Notes under the pieces: model-generated | The model's input: only the letters and a program-made list of their open reading frames with translations | The model's database searches: none | Told to the model about the DNA's origin: nothing | Shown here: positions 38,493 to 52,689 of the stretch, piece after piece | How positions within the stretch are numbered: position 1 is the stretch's first letter | How the letters are laid out: each line of letters starts with the position of its first letter | Source of the DNA: Eledone cirrhosa | Lineage: Eukaryota | DNA: 64,000 nt | Direction: 5' to 3' | NCBI GenBank assembly: GCA_964016885.1 | Contig: OZ024742.1 | Coordinates: 293,012,001-293,076,000 of the forward strand | Program-made: the position numbers and the translations under genes

Positions 38493-38604
38493 AATGACAC
38501 AATTTTTTCCAACTTGAACAAAAGACCCAACCTGTGCTGCGTTGATAACAGAGTCTTCCCCAATGAAGACATGATCTCCGATATGGAGAGGGAAAAATGC
38601 TACA
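38493..38604 (-). CDS. DCTN5: DCTN5 exon 4
   Basis: (G)[37 protein letters not shown]; AG and GTAAGT boundaries; 112 nt. Confidence 0.97.
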
Positions 38605-39586
38605 CTGTAAATAGAAACAACAACATTAAATACATATTTTGAAATGTGAGGATAATCTACCAACAATATGGCATTCTTCTTCTTCTTCGCCTATTTATTC
38701 TTGGAAGGGTCATGGGGTTAAATAGAGAATGTATTCTCTGGCTGACTCATGTGTGCCAGGTGGCCTGGATATTTTGAAAGGCACCTAAGCAAAGGTAATC
38801 GGGAATGATAATCCACAATGACATATCCCCACGATCTGATGCCTCCTCCCCCAGTGCAAGTAGCATACAAATACTTCCCACACACACATACAAATTTAGG
38901 TCATCAAGGGAAACCAGGTACACCCCACAATATGTCAGACATCATCCACTTGCTTCAAGGCCACCTCTATGACACGACACTCACCTAGTCCCCATAGTAC
39001 AATATCTGTATACCTCCAGCCCCAACCTCCACCAATGCCTCTCCAGCCAGACCAAGGATACTGAGTATCAAAGAATTATAATGACGTTGTGCTGTTGCTA
39101 CAAGAGCTCCCAGTCCACTCTGTAAGGTGATGGTGTTGGTGCCAAGACAAAAAGCACCCACTCCCCCTTGTAAGGTGGTAGTGCCAGAGAAATGATCTAA
39201 AATGCACATGATGTAAAGTGGTTGGCATGAGATAAGGAAGGGCAAGTAGCCATAGAAACCAAGCCCAAACAAAGTGTACAAGCAGACCTAGCTACCTGAC
39301 TTGTGTGACCTCAGCACACGAAGGCTGTCTAACCCATGCAAAATGTCTGTCTTAAGACAGAAGGCTCGTTAAGCTGGTGCTTCTTCTGGTTTTATGGCAT
39401 GAAGTGACTGAGAGTGCAAAACTCCCCACTGGACAGGATGCCAGTCCATTGCAGGTCTAACCCATGCAAGCCTGGAAAATAGATGTTAAACAGTGATGAT
39501 GATGATAATATATATATACACTGTGTACAGATGATGTGAGCAGTGTAGGATACTATAATGTCAAAAATAAAAAAGATTCTCCTTAC

Positions 39587-39705
39587 CCTTTGCTAAACTT
39601 CTTGAAAGGTGGTCTAATGACAGCCTTAGCACTGATGATACAGTGTCGACCTATTCTGACATTAGCCAGATCACCTCGAATTATACAGTCTGACATGATG
39701 ATAGT
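39587..39705 (-). CDS. DCTN5: DCTN5 exon 3
   Basis: [39 protein letters not shown](G); AG and GTAAGG boundaries; 119 nt. Confidence 0.97.
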
Positions 39706-40907
39706 CTGTAAGACAAACAGTAGAATAAACATTTAAAGACAGACAGACAGACAAAAATTAATAAGTTAAAGATGAAATATTATACAGATAGAAAGTTCGA
39801 GTGGAAATCTGTTAAAAGATGATATATCTTAATGAATTTAGCAGATACTGTATATATAATATATATGAAACCCTTAAAGCAAACATCAGCAATTTTTGCT
39901 TTTGTAATAACTCATATTTTTGTCCATGGACCCACATGTATATTATATCTTATCTTACATATAAACATTTGAAAAGGTCTGAAGCCCTCAGAGAAAACCT
40001 CAATGGCCTACTTTGAGGCCTGCTTATGGACATGTCCCACCTGTTGCCATCTCCTGGCTTAGAAGAACTTCAGTCCCCCATAACCATAAATGTTTAATTA
40101 GAGTTTCACTGAGAATTACATTACTTAACTAAATATCACTAAATTAATTTAGTTAATGAACCTGCAGTAAATTAACAAAATATAACAGTAATCATTGGAT
40201 AAAGAAGTGCCAAGAGATCACAGTAGATGGAAACTGCAGTAGAGGAAGACTAAGGAAAAATCAGGGTGGAGATGGTTAAAGCTGATATCAAAATGCTGAA
40301 TCTCACAGAGGAGATGACAAAGGAACACAATGAGAGCATGACAGTTGTGCTGGAGAAGATTCATCCAACACATGCAAGCATTGAAAAGCAGACGTAAAAA
40401 TAATTATGAACTCAATATATCAGTAGACCATTCTTTCACTAAATTCAATTCTTGTTCCTTAGAATAAACCAATCTACCAAATTTTATAAAGGGGGAAATT
40501 CTTCACATTTGTTTTTACTTGTTTCTCTCTTTAAATTAGTCAGGAATGAAGGAAACATTGTCCTTGATAGGTTAGCCAGGAAAGGAAAGAAGCAATGTCT
40601 TCGGCCTTTGATAAGATAGGGGAGGAGGAGAGGGTGATGCTAATATATATATATATAGAGATATATATATTTGATTGCATTTTTTTCCCTGTACCTCAGT
40701 GGATTTTTTTTTTACTCTTAATGCTCTGCACCACATGAAACTACATCAGCAAAACATTCATGAAAAGAACAAAACTGCACTATTACTGCAGCACATTAAA
40801 AACTAAAGTCTTTACTCTAATACTGAAAATGTTCACAAAGGTCTGTCCACTAGTAAAGATACTATAAACATTTGAATTAACAAACCCATTTTTAGATATT
40901 TTCTTCA

Positions 40908-41063
<156 letters not shown>

Positions 41064-41896
41064 TCACTAAATCAATTAAATACTTACACACACAATTTTA
41101 TTTTATTGTTTCATTATCATACCTTCAATGAAATACACTATTTTAATTAATTAATGAAGAATTTGAGGGATTTTCTAAAATTATCAATTATTTCACATCT
41201 AAGATAGTAACTTAACATAGTTCTTATGTAAAATTGTTAAAAGATTTTGATTTAAATAGGAACCTTTTAAAATGGGTGGGTTTTTTTCACAGAACCAGAG
41301 CATAATTTTGGCTGAGTAGGTATCAAAAGGGGTAAACTGAATCATTTTTCTAGCAATTCAGATTCATACCACACTTGTGAAAGCCAAGTAGCAAGACAGA
41401 AAATTCAGTTTATATAATATATATTCATCATCATCATCACTGTTTAACATCCATTTTTCCATGCTAGCATGGGTTAGACGGGTTGTCCCATTTTGAGACA
41501 AGCCAGGTCAGATGAACGTGTTTCGCTCATACAGAATTGATTTTGGCTTGGATGCCCTTCCTAACGCCAACCACATTAACAGTGTGGACTGGGTATTTTT
41601 TGTTGTGACACCTACACAACCACTTTACAGTGTGTTGGGTACTTTATGTCATGACATCTACACATTATATATATATATATTTTTTTTCCTACAACAACCT
41701 GCATTTTGCACAGAGGCCTACAACCGAAGCCCCCTCTCACTTCATCCCATAACGGACAGACAAGGAATTTTATATGCACATTACATGGACAAAATTGACC
41801 AATGTTCCCACTGCATTGTGAATGTAATTGAAATCCCTATTTTCATCACTTCTACCTTCATTTACATCACAATATATATATATATATATATATATA

Positions 41897-44800
41897 TCAT
41901 CATCATCATCATCAACGTTTAACGTCCGTGTTCCATGCTTGCATGGGTTTGGACGGGGGTAGTCCCACTTGAGGCAAGAGTGGTTGTCTTGCTCGCATAG
42001 GACTGTCTGGCAGGTTTTCTACAGTTGGATGCCCTTCCTAACACCAACCACATTTACAGTGTGGGTCTGGGAGGTTTTTACCGTGTTGCCTACACGGCCA
42101 CATTACAGCGTGGACTGTGTGTTTTTTTGTCGTGACACCTACACGATCTCATTTGTTTCGGCCTGGATGGTGCGGCACCAACATAACTTTACATAGAACG
42201 GGGTGGTGTGGATGGGGTGGGGGTTGTGGTGGTGGGACTGGGTGTATTTTGTTAGAGATGCCTACTGGCAAGGCGGGTCTTCTCTGTTACTGAGTACCGC
42301 CAAAGGTCTCGGTCCAGTGACATTGTCTTGAGAGGTGTAAGTGTGTGAGGTCGGAGTTTATCAGCTCGTCCCAGGTTTTTCTAGGTCTGCCTATTCCGTG
42401 GCTACCGTCTATCTTTATTGCCCTGCACTTTGTTATACAGCTATCGACTTTCATGCGCATCACGTGTCCATACCAACGTAGCCTTCTCTCAAGTAAACAA
42501 CATCTGATCCCTCTTATTTCTAATTTTTTCCTTAGTTCATTTATGCTTTGCCGTTCACGTATATTACTGTTACACATCCAGCGGAGCATGCAAGCTTCGT
42601 TCCTCTCTAGTCTGCGTATATCCTCTGCACACAATGCCCAGGTCTCACTGCCATGCAACATTGCTGTTCGTATGCAGGCATCGTACAACCTGCCTTTCAT
42701 TTTTAGGGAGAACCCTTTAGCAGCTAATAGTGGTATAAGCTCTCTGAACTTTTTCCAACCAGTTCTGACTCTAGCTACTGTACTTTCAGAGCACCCTCCC
42801 CCACTGCTGATTTTATCACCCAGGTAACGGAAGCTGTCCACTATTTCTATAGAACCCTCTGCGCAATTGAAAGAGCTACTATTTTGTGGGCACTTGCTGC
42901 TACTTATTGCACCAGAACACCGGCCACATGTAAAATCTATGTTCTTAGTTAGCTTACCTGTGATCCCACTACATCTTTTATGCACCCATACTTTGCATTT
43001 AGGACATAAAATGGAGTTTCTACCTACGCCTTTCCTACACACCGAGCACGACCATTTCCCAGAAGGGACCGCCGCCTTGTTTTCTTTCCTACAAACTAGA
43101 ACTTTAGTCTTAGCCAGGTTAATTTTAAGTCCTTTTGACTCTAGGCCGTGCTTCCATGTTTGGAATTTCTTCTCTAGCTCGGCCATTGATTCCGCTATGA
43201 GTGTCAGGTCATCTGCGTATAGGAGTTCCCATGGGCAGCCGGTCTTGAACTCCTCTGTTATAGCCTGAAGGGCAATAATAAATAGTCGGGGGCTGAGAAC
43301 AGAGCCTTGATGGACGCCAACTTTTACGCTAAACTCTTCACTATATTCGTTGTTAATTCTAACCTTGCTGACTGTTTCTTTATACATGGCTTGTATAGCC
43401 CTCACAAGCCATTCGTCAATGCCTAGTTTTCTAAGAGCCCACCAGATAATGGAGCGGGGGACTCTGTCGAAGGCTTTCTCCAAGTCGACAAAAGCTAAGT
43501 AGAGGGGTTTACCTTTAGCTAGGTACTTCTCCTGTAGTTGTCGTACTATGAAAAGAGCGTCTGTGGTACTTTTGCCTGACACAAACCCGAACTGCATTTC
43601 ATCTAGGTCAATTCTCTCTCTGATTAGTTGCGCTATTACTTTTTCCGTGACCTTCATGACCTGGTCGATTAATTTAATGCCTCTATAGTTACTCCTATCT
43701 AGGGCATCTCCTTTACCCTTATAACAGTTAACGATGATGCTGCTATGCCAGTCCTTCGGAACAACCCCATTCTGTACGACTTGGTTAACTATGCGGGTGA
43801 CCATGGTGTGTGCCACCGTGCCAGATGCCTTCAGCATCTCAGCAACTATTTCCGAAGGCCCAGCCGCCTTACCCGTCTTCATATCCTTGATTGCCTTACT
43901 TATTATACTCCCCTCGACTAACACTGCTGGTCCCTCTATTGGGTCGATATGGGGGAGACTGTCTTTCTCCCATTTATTCTCCTCATTTAGTAGCCTTTCA
44001 TAGTGACACTTCCAAGCTACCTTCTTATCAGTGTCGGTGATGGCAAGTGTGCCATCATCGTTTAGTACACACTTCTCCCGACAATATCACGGTTTTCCTT
44101 GATGCATTGCCTAGCAATCCTGAACACCTCACGTTTTTGGTCCTCGCGTTGTAGAACATGCTTGAACTTTCTTTCCTCTGCTTCCCTTCTTGCTAAGTAC
44201 ACTTGTCTCCTAGCTTCCCTCCTGGCCACTTGATAGTCTTCTCTACTTCCCCCATCCCGCCATACTTTCCAAGCCTGCTTTTTGGCCTTAATTGACCCCT
44301 CCACTTTACTGTTCCACCACCATGTTACTCTCCTCCTACCTACAGGCCTGCTCCAGCCACAGACTTCGTCTGTCGCCATCAGCAGGTTTGCTTTCAGAAA
44401 TTCCCACTGTCCCTTTATATTGTCCGACTGTAAATGTTCTTCCTTACTGTCGAAAGCATCAAGTAATATGCTTTGAAATTTATTTCTGGCTGTGGGGTCC
44501 TTTAGCTTCCATATTTTACTCCTGAGGATAGTCCTCTTCTGCTGTCGAGTACGTCTCGTCCTGACTATGAGGTCGCTAATTATCAGTCTATGTTGGGAGG
44601 TGCATTCTTCATGGGGGAGGGATTTAGTGTTTACGACAGACACTCTGTCACGTCTTCTGGTAAGGATATAATCTACCTGGCTTGTGTGTTCCCCGGATCT
44701 ATAGGTGATCAGGTGATTGTCACGTTTTTTGAAGTTAGTGTTACAGATAGTCAGGTTATTTGCATCACAGAATTCCAGGATTCTGGAACCTTCCTCATTT

Positions 44801-46335
44801 CTAGTACCAAACCCATAGCCTCCATGGATTTCGTCGTAGCCGTCACAATGTTGTCCAACGTGACCATTTAGGTCGCCTGCAATAATTATATAGTCACTGT
44901 CAGATATTTGGGAGGTAGTTAGCATCAGTGTCTCATAGAATCTGTCTTTTATAGTGCCGGGCAGTCCGGATTGGGGTGCGTACGCAGATATTACTGTCAC
45001 CGTAGTTCTATTGAGGACAAGTCGTATTTTAATTATTCTGACGTTCACTCTATTTACGTCTATTATCTTATCTGCCCACTTCTCTGCTACCATGATTCCT
45101 ACTCCACCCAGCCCATCGTCGTTTCCCACCCAGAAAAGCTTATAACATCGTTTTTTACCCTCAATGAATCTAGCAGACCCACCCTTCCACCTGGTCTCTT
45201 GAATACAACATACATCGACCTCCTTACGTTCAAGCATTTCTACAACCTCGTTAGCGCGACCCTTTAGGGTGCCTACATTTATGGTACCAACTCTGAAGTT
45301 TTGGATTGCGTTTGGAGGGTGGGGGCGGTGGGGGGCGGGCGCAGATGGGGTTATGTTAGCCATCCGCGGACGAAACAAAGAGGAGTGCTCGCATTCTCGT
45401 CCACGAGGTGAATTTGACTTTAACTTTGGCATTTTCGCTGAGCGTCCAGATTTTTCTCTCCCTTCCACTCTCCAGGATTCCGCAGTTCATCCATCCATCC
45501 ATCATATATCGAAGGCAACCGGGCAAGCGATAGTATAGGCCTCTGGCTTATGATTGGTCCGCGTAATAATAATAATGGTGATGCGTGGGGGGGGGGGGCT
45601 CTGGCTTATGATTGATCCACGTATTAAGAATGGTGGTGTGTGGGGGAGGGGTGTGGGGTAGCTAGCTGGAAGGTTATGATTGTTTAACAAGCGATTAACA
45701 AAAAGCAAAAATGCAAGATTTGTTCTGTTCAATACGACAAAAACTACGTATTTAACATAAATAACAAAAGAAAATACAGATTTCGGATTTTGCAAGATTG
45801 GATGTTTGGACTAGGTACGAAATTGAAGCGTGGAGTAGATAGAAAAATGTGTACGTTACGATTATATGAGGTACACCGTAGTAGGAAACAGCACTGAATT
45901 GAAACAGCAATGAATTGGCGAAAAGTGATTTTAAACATGAAGGGGAGTTTATGTTATATATATATATATATATATGTAGCTAAGAGAGAGAGAGAGAGAG
46001 GGAGGGGGAGAGAGAGAGTGAGTGGCTGACCGCAGTCCCTCGTGAAGTAGATGGAGGGTGAAGGGTGCCTGGGTGCCTGGGTGTAGAAGCGGGATTTTTG
46101 ACTTTCGAAGTAGCATAATATATATTTAAAGGAATTTATAAGAAGCAGAATGGGAAGGATTGTTTTGTTTTGAGAATACGATAGAATTGAGGAATTGAGT
46201 AGCTAGCTGGAAGGTTATGATTGTTTAACAAGCGATTAACAAAAAGCAAAAATGCAAGATTTGTTCTGTTCAATACGACAAAAACTACGTATTTAACATA
46301 AATAACAAAAGAAAATACAGATTTCGGATTTTGCA

Positions 46336-46339
<4 letters not shown>
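41897..46339 (-). mobile_element. Near full-length RTE-clade LINE in DCTN5 intron 1 (same orientation), flanked by (TA)n on both sides
   Basis: APE plus RT coding region, 3' UTR ending in (GAT)n at ~41897. The putative 5' region contains a 141-bp direct repeat and abuts (TA)n at ~46340; the 5' boundary is inferred. Confidence 0.88.
42287..45468 (-). pseudogene. RTE ORF: AP endonuclease + RT + C4HC3 PHD-like finger; 1-bp frameshifts at ~44078 and ~42330
   Basis: APE motifs GTINVGTL, CCIQETRW, SAYAPQ, GDLNGHVG, QVDY, SQHRL; RT motifs QFGF, FVDLEKAFDRV, GVHQGSVLSP, LLYADD, YLG. Restoring 1 nt gives RDIVGEKCVLNDDG..., joining the two ORFs. Confidence 0.93.
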
Positions 46340-46393
<54 letters not shown>

Positions 46394-46591
46394 AGGAAGT
46401 TGACTTGGCAAGCTATTTAGAACACTGGTTTAACCACTTTACTTCCCTCCGAAGAAGAGATATTATCTTGAAAATTAAGGACATTTAAATAAATTTAAGG
46501 TAAAAGACTAATTGTCAACAATATCTTTTGCATTTGCATTTATATTCTATGTCCATACCTGCATTGTTTTGGCTTTACAAATACAAACGTT

Positions 46592-46622
<31 letters not shown>

Positions 46623-47516
46623 ATATATATATATATACACACACACATTGTTTTTTCTCATATATTTTTTCCTCTCTCATTTTGAATCTATGATTTTTTT
46701 TGTTTTTGATTCATGTGATAGACAAAGATATTAACTAATTATTTGTTTAATTATTACGTTCTATACTTTAAATTTATCTTCCATCCTTTGTTACGATACT
46801 ATCGTTCAATATATGGATAATATATGTAATATCCAATATTGATCCCCTTTTCATAAATTCTAACTACAATTTACTCATCATCCTATTTATTATATTTTTA
46901 TTAACTTCAATCAAGATTTTAACCTTTAATTTCTAATTCAATCTGATTACCAATTTTAATTTCCATTGTGAAACCATAATATCTAGACCCTAGAATTCAG
47001 TTTATATTCTCTTTGCGGATGATGGTCAATTCTATTGTCTAAGCATAAATCAGGGTAGTGTTGAAACTTATACTCTACCGCAAAGTTTTGGACGTACAAC
47101 TAGCAGTAAACTACAACTTAGTGGTTCACATGAAACCTGTGACCATGTCACTATACCAGCCTGGATGGGGGAGATTGATTGTTTTTTTGTTGGGGCTTGC
47201 ATAGGGTAGTTTCGTTGTGTTTTGGGGTAGTAGTTAGATGGTCAACTTCCTTCACATTTGCCCCTGCGCAAAGCTGTGGAGGAGGATTAGGGCTCACAAG
47301 GGAAGACTTCAAGAACATCATCTTTGTCTGTTCCCTTGTCGTTTTAATTTGGATTGCCTTGAGAACGTAACCTTATTATGTAAGAAGCTGTCTGATGAGA
47401 TCATGGCACTGGGTACACAAAATCATGTGGCCACTCTCGTCATTGAGATATGTATCACAGCCTTATCAATAAAGGACTTTAACATCTGAAACTACTTCGC
47501 ATTTTCTCATTCTATA

Positions 47517-47567
<51 letters not shown>

Positions 47568-48229
47568 CAGAAATCTCATTGTTGAATTTTACCTTGTAGT
47601 GAACAGTTGAATTCCACTACTTTCTGATGAAGTGTAATAAATAATTAAGTAATGCATATTATTGAACAACATATATTGTAATCAGCATATGTAGACAATT
47701 TATAATAGACACAGAAACATGTAAAGAAAATAAATTCATAATCTCTTCATGCCGATATTTTATTTTTCTTGGTGCAATACTTGCTCATATATCAACAGTT
47801 TTCCAAGAGATGGGAACATAAATGGACCTGTTATTTTTATCTAAAGATATTTTTTACAATTCCACCCCACCTGTCCCTTCAATCTATCTAATTTCTCATT
47901 CTTTCTTCTGATGAAGGACTAGCATCCAGAACGTTATGACCCTCTTCCTGCTATTTCAAGCATTAGCCTAATATATTCCTTTCAGATACTGTACCGATTG
48001 TGCTGTTATTTCTGTTTGCCTTTTAAATATATATACACACACAAACACAGGTGTAAAATCCCGAAACTACTTGGTGCTGCAGTCGGGATTTTATATATCT
48101 CTATACTCACTCTGCATCTCCTCGTGCATTGAGTATTCCCATGATTAGTGGTCTCCTCTCTGAAATTGGATCTACACCTGGAGTTTACCTGAACTTACAC
48201 CAGGAAATCTTTTCGTATCACTGATATTT

Positions 48230-50400
48230 TCTTTGCTTCTTGCATTATTTAAATACACCACAACTCTCTATCACTTTTGCTCCACTATACTCTTCTTAAT
48301 TCCACCTTCTTCTCACCTGCCTATTTCTCTTTCACCCCAGTACCTTCATCATGCCCAATCTCAAATCTTTTCTCCACCAGCTCCATTCCACTCTCAAATG
48401 CTTCCTCCAACCTCTTCCCCCTTTTTGCATCCAATTCTCCATGCATCTCTCCAACCTCATCTTCACCAAAACAAAATATAACAGTCACATCAGATTTTTA
48501 AGTCGCTGTCTCCCCCACCACCTCATTCCCCAAGGTTTCTGCCTCAAGTTCCACCCCACCTCTTACTCCACTCCCACCACTGAGCCCATCCTTACCCACT
48601 CCTCTCACCAGCTCATGCGGGTGACTATTCGATATATTCTCACCCAAATCCGTTCTCTCGACCGAGATCTCCCCAATGCCAACCTCTATCTCTCCTCCAC
48701 TTGCCACCCGCTTATCCTATTCATCCTTTACCACAATTGCCTACTCTTCAATTTCCTCACTTCCATCAAAAACAACAAACTTCGCTCCCCACCCGCTGTC
48801 ACCACCAACCCTAACCCTACTATCCCGTCACCACTGAATCTGCACACGCTTTGCCTAACCACCTTAGCCTCTCCGCCACTTTACCGCCCTCATGTCCCTC
48901 CACAGTTGTCACTATACCCCAGGACCTACCACTCTCCGAAGGTGAGCGCTCCCTCCTCGCCTGAGGTTTGAGTTTTATACTAACCACATCAACCTGCGAC
49001 GAGTTCTGCACATGTGCCGAGATTGAAAGGTTCTTCCGTCCACTAAAGCTTAAAGCTTTTTTTCATGACACACCATCAACACAGACAGATGACTTCACTC
49101 GTCTCAGTCGCCGGCAAACACACTGGACGCTGAGCTCTGACCAGTTCAGCACCCTTGACTCCTTTCGATACTTGCCAATGTACTGTAAATCGGTTCCGTT
49201 TCCACCAGCATTCTCATCACTTGAGCCTTATATGGGCCAAGCTCTCCGCTCTTCGCAACCTATGGCGTCACGATGACATTGTCATCAAACCCGTCGACAA
49301 AGGTGGCGCTGTGATGATATGGAGCATAGGGTGCGACCCTCTGCCAACTTCATGATACCCTATTTTATTGCCCTTTATCCTTCAACCCCACTCCTGGCTA
49401 CCAACAACTCATGTCCTCCACCATTCATCAGCTCATCTCCTCCTCTCTCCTATCCCCCCCCCCCCCACAACCACCAACCTTATAGTACACACCCCTTGCA
49501 AACCCACCATCTACTTCCTCCCCAAAATACACAAACCAAATAATCCCGGCCATCCTTTCGTTTCCGTGTGCAACTGCCCCACCAATATAATCTCATAATC
49601 TCTAGGGTAGTGATGGGAACCAGAATAGGCCCAAACTATGCCAACTTGTTTGTTGGCTACTTCTCCCATTATGCTGGACCTACTCCTGAGTTATATGGTC
49701 ATTATATCAACGACTGTGTCCACACTGTAAATGAGGTTAGTGTTAGGAAGGGCATCCAGCCGTAGAAAACCTGCCAGATAGTCCTATATGAGCGAGACAC
49801 GTTCACCCGACCAACCTTGCTTCAAGTGGGACAACTCCTGTCTAACCCATGCTAGCGTGGAAGATGGACGTTAAACGAAGATGATGATGATGATGATGAT
49901 GTATTGGCGCCACCTCTCTATCACATGAATAGCTTGACTGCTTTCTATCTTTTGTTCAATCTTTTCATCCCACTCTGTCTCTTTTCTTGATATCTCTCTC
50001 TCTATCGATTACACTCACCACACCCTCTCTGTTTCGTCCCGGCTGTAACACTTGTTTTTCATTTCCAACCTCACCACTCTCAGGCCCCAATGGTTCATTC
50101 CGTATCTGCCACTCCTTCACCCACGTAGTCTATGCTCTCCAGTGTTCCCTTTTCGGGGGCTTATACATTGGACAAACAGGATGCAGCTTGGATGCAGCTT
50201 GGACCGTTTTACTGAACATTTGAGTGACATGCAACTTGGTATGGATACTCCCGTCACCCGTTATTTCTGTTCCCTAGGTCACTCTTCCCTACATCTCTCA
50301 GTCTTGGGTGTCCTTTTACATCACGGATCACAGGCCTCGTGCACCAGGACTGAACAGAGTCTGATTTACCGCTTTGGGTCTTGTTTCCCTCACTGACTCA
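48230..50400 (+). mobile_element. Heavily decayed Penelope-like element (RT + GIY-YIG endonuclease), interrupted by a SINE tail at ~49718-49902
   Basis: Fragments in several frames: SHIRFLSRC..LIPQG; DDIVIKPVDKGGAV; YFLPKIHKPNNPG; MGTRIGPNYANLFVG; YINDC; VVYALQC..LYIGQTG; RFTEH. Confidence 0.85.
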
Positions 50401-50933
50401 ACTCCCCTACCCCTTCGTGCTTACTTCTCTACCCTTTGCCCCATCATGTTCACCCTGTCCGTTATCACACGCGCCTTTACATTCACCCCTAGATTCCTAT
50501 GGCTCTCTTATGGTCAAAAACATATACTCTTACAGCTGATACAGACCAGCAAGATATGCACACATACCTCTACTTTTCCCTTCACAACTCTGTATATACA
50601 CACACACTCCCTTATATTAACATACCTTTGTTCACAGCTTCATACTTACAAGCACATACACACTCTTTTACTTACATATACACACACATATCCTCTTAGC
50701 TTTGTACGGACATATAATAACACACACACAAGTATAGCTCTATATATAAAACGTTTTTTTTTTTCATTTCAGGTAGACACGCTCCATCATCCACTTTTCT
50801 AAAAAAGTATATCATACACAAAACGCCAGCATCAGCAGTTTTCCAAGAGATTGCAACATTGAACGAACCTGTTATTTTTCTCTTAAAAACATTTTTTCTA
50901 ATTCTGCCCTGCCCAGTCCCTTCAATCCTTCTA

Positions 50934-50989
<56 letters not shown>

Positions 50990-52627
50990 TATTTCAAAAT
51001 GACAGAAATGATTTAAAGAAACATTATTTCAATACTATACATAGCATTATATACTGTTGTTTTGAAAATAGAATATAGTGCTACTGGTAACATATAACAC
51101 AGTACAACCTATGGCATGGTTGGGTTGTCTGCAACTAAACCAGCAACCCCACCAAGCCTACTCGGTAAGGAGGAGGATTTTGGGACTCTATAGGATGAAA
51201 AGCAAAACCTATCAAAGGGCAAATGAACTCATGAGAATCAACAGCCATCCAATTGTAGGTATATATGCTTGTAGATATATGATTAAGTACCTTGTGATGG
51301 AGTGGATTATGTGCTCATATGATCTTGAGGGCTAAACTAGTGGGTGTCTAACTCCTGGTAAGTTCAACTATGCCAGACAGGCTAAAGGGTAGATTAACCT
51401 CAACGGCAAAAAAGATGAGGTGGCAGTGTGTGGACATGTGACATCAGAGGAGGAACTGAAATTAAGACAATAGTGATTCATACAGGATGCCGAGCAGATA
51501 AAGGTTATATCAATGGTCAGGTTGAAATGATTTCATAAAGTGAAAGACTACAGCATGCATTGACAAGTAGCACCGGATGTATCAATGCACATATTAACCT
51601 ACCCTACCACTTCTATTTTCACCCTTAAACACATTTGCCTTGGAACAAGGCAACCTCCCCAGTGTTGGTGCCACTATTAAATACACTCAGAACACTGAAG
51701 TGAGAGACATTTAACTGCTAACAACAGCATAGGGTTGAGAATGCTCTTCAGTCAAGACAATGATCTGACAATCTCTCTAATGTAGGTGCCACAATAAAAT
51801 ATACCCAGATTTATAGGTAAAGACATACCGGCCATGACCATCCTGTCTTTCTCGTGCCCCCCCCCCCCCCCCCCCACACATTTTACCATTAAAGACATAC
51901 CAGCCGTGACCAACCCATTTTTCTCATGCTCCCCCCCCCCCATACATGTTTTACTATTAAAGATACCAGCAGTGACCAACCTGTCTTTCTCATGCTTCCC
52001 CTCCCCCCTACATATTTTACTCGTAATTACATTATCCAATATCGCTCATTGTCTGATGACCCTGTGATAAATAGACAAAACTCCATAGCCTTAATAAAAT
52101 GAATATATATATATATATATATGAGAGAGCGAGAGAGAGAGAGAGAGAGAGAGAGAATCCTCAAGTCTGATGAGCTATCAATTCCAGAGTCGGGCCCAAT
52201 CACTACCGATCGTCCCGTATGAATAGATATTCTGATACTTATTGTTCCTGATCCTTATTATTGTTATTTACACTGCTTCTTGAAGATACCGATAATGATG
52301 ACTTGCCAAGCGTAGACTCCCACATCGGTAGCCGAACCCACATATTAACATTGAGTGCTCAAACTGGTGAACAAGTAATTATACATTACACACCAATACA
52401 CTATATCTTTCTTTTATATAGAAATTAATTCATATGAAATCATCAGGAAAATGATGATTTCATACGAATGAAATAGTTCTAGTCATGTAGAAGTCATTTC
52501 TATATAAAATAGAGATACTTATACTCTAACAACATATTGAGTACTTTCTAAAACTGTGGTCGCCTCCCGATCCCCTGCGAAAATCTACCTATTATATAGA
52601 TATGGGTGTGAGTGTGTATGTGTAAAC

Positions 52628-52689
<62 letters not shown>

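Noticed and set aside
42345-45538. Plus-strand ORFs opposite the RTE ORF (likewise opposite Gypsy pol)
   Set aside because: Antisense shadows of coding sequence with no recognisable domains.
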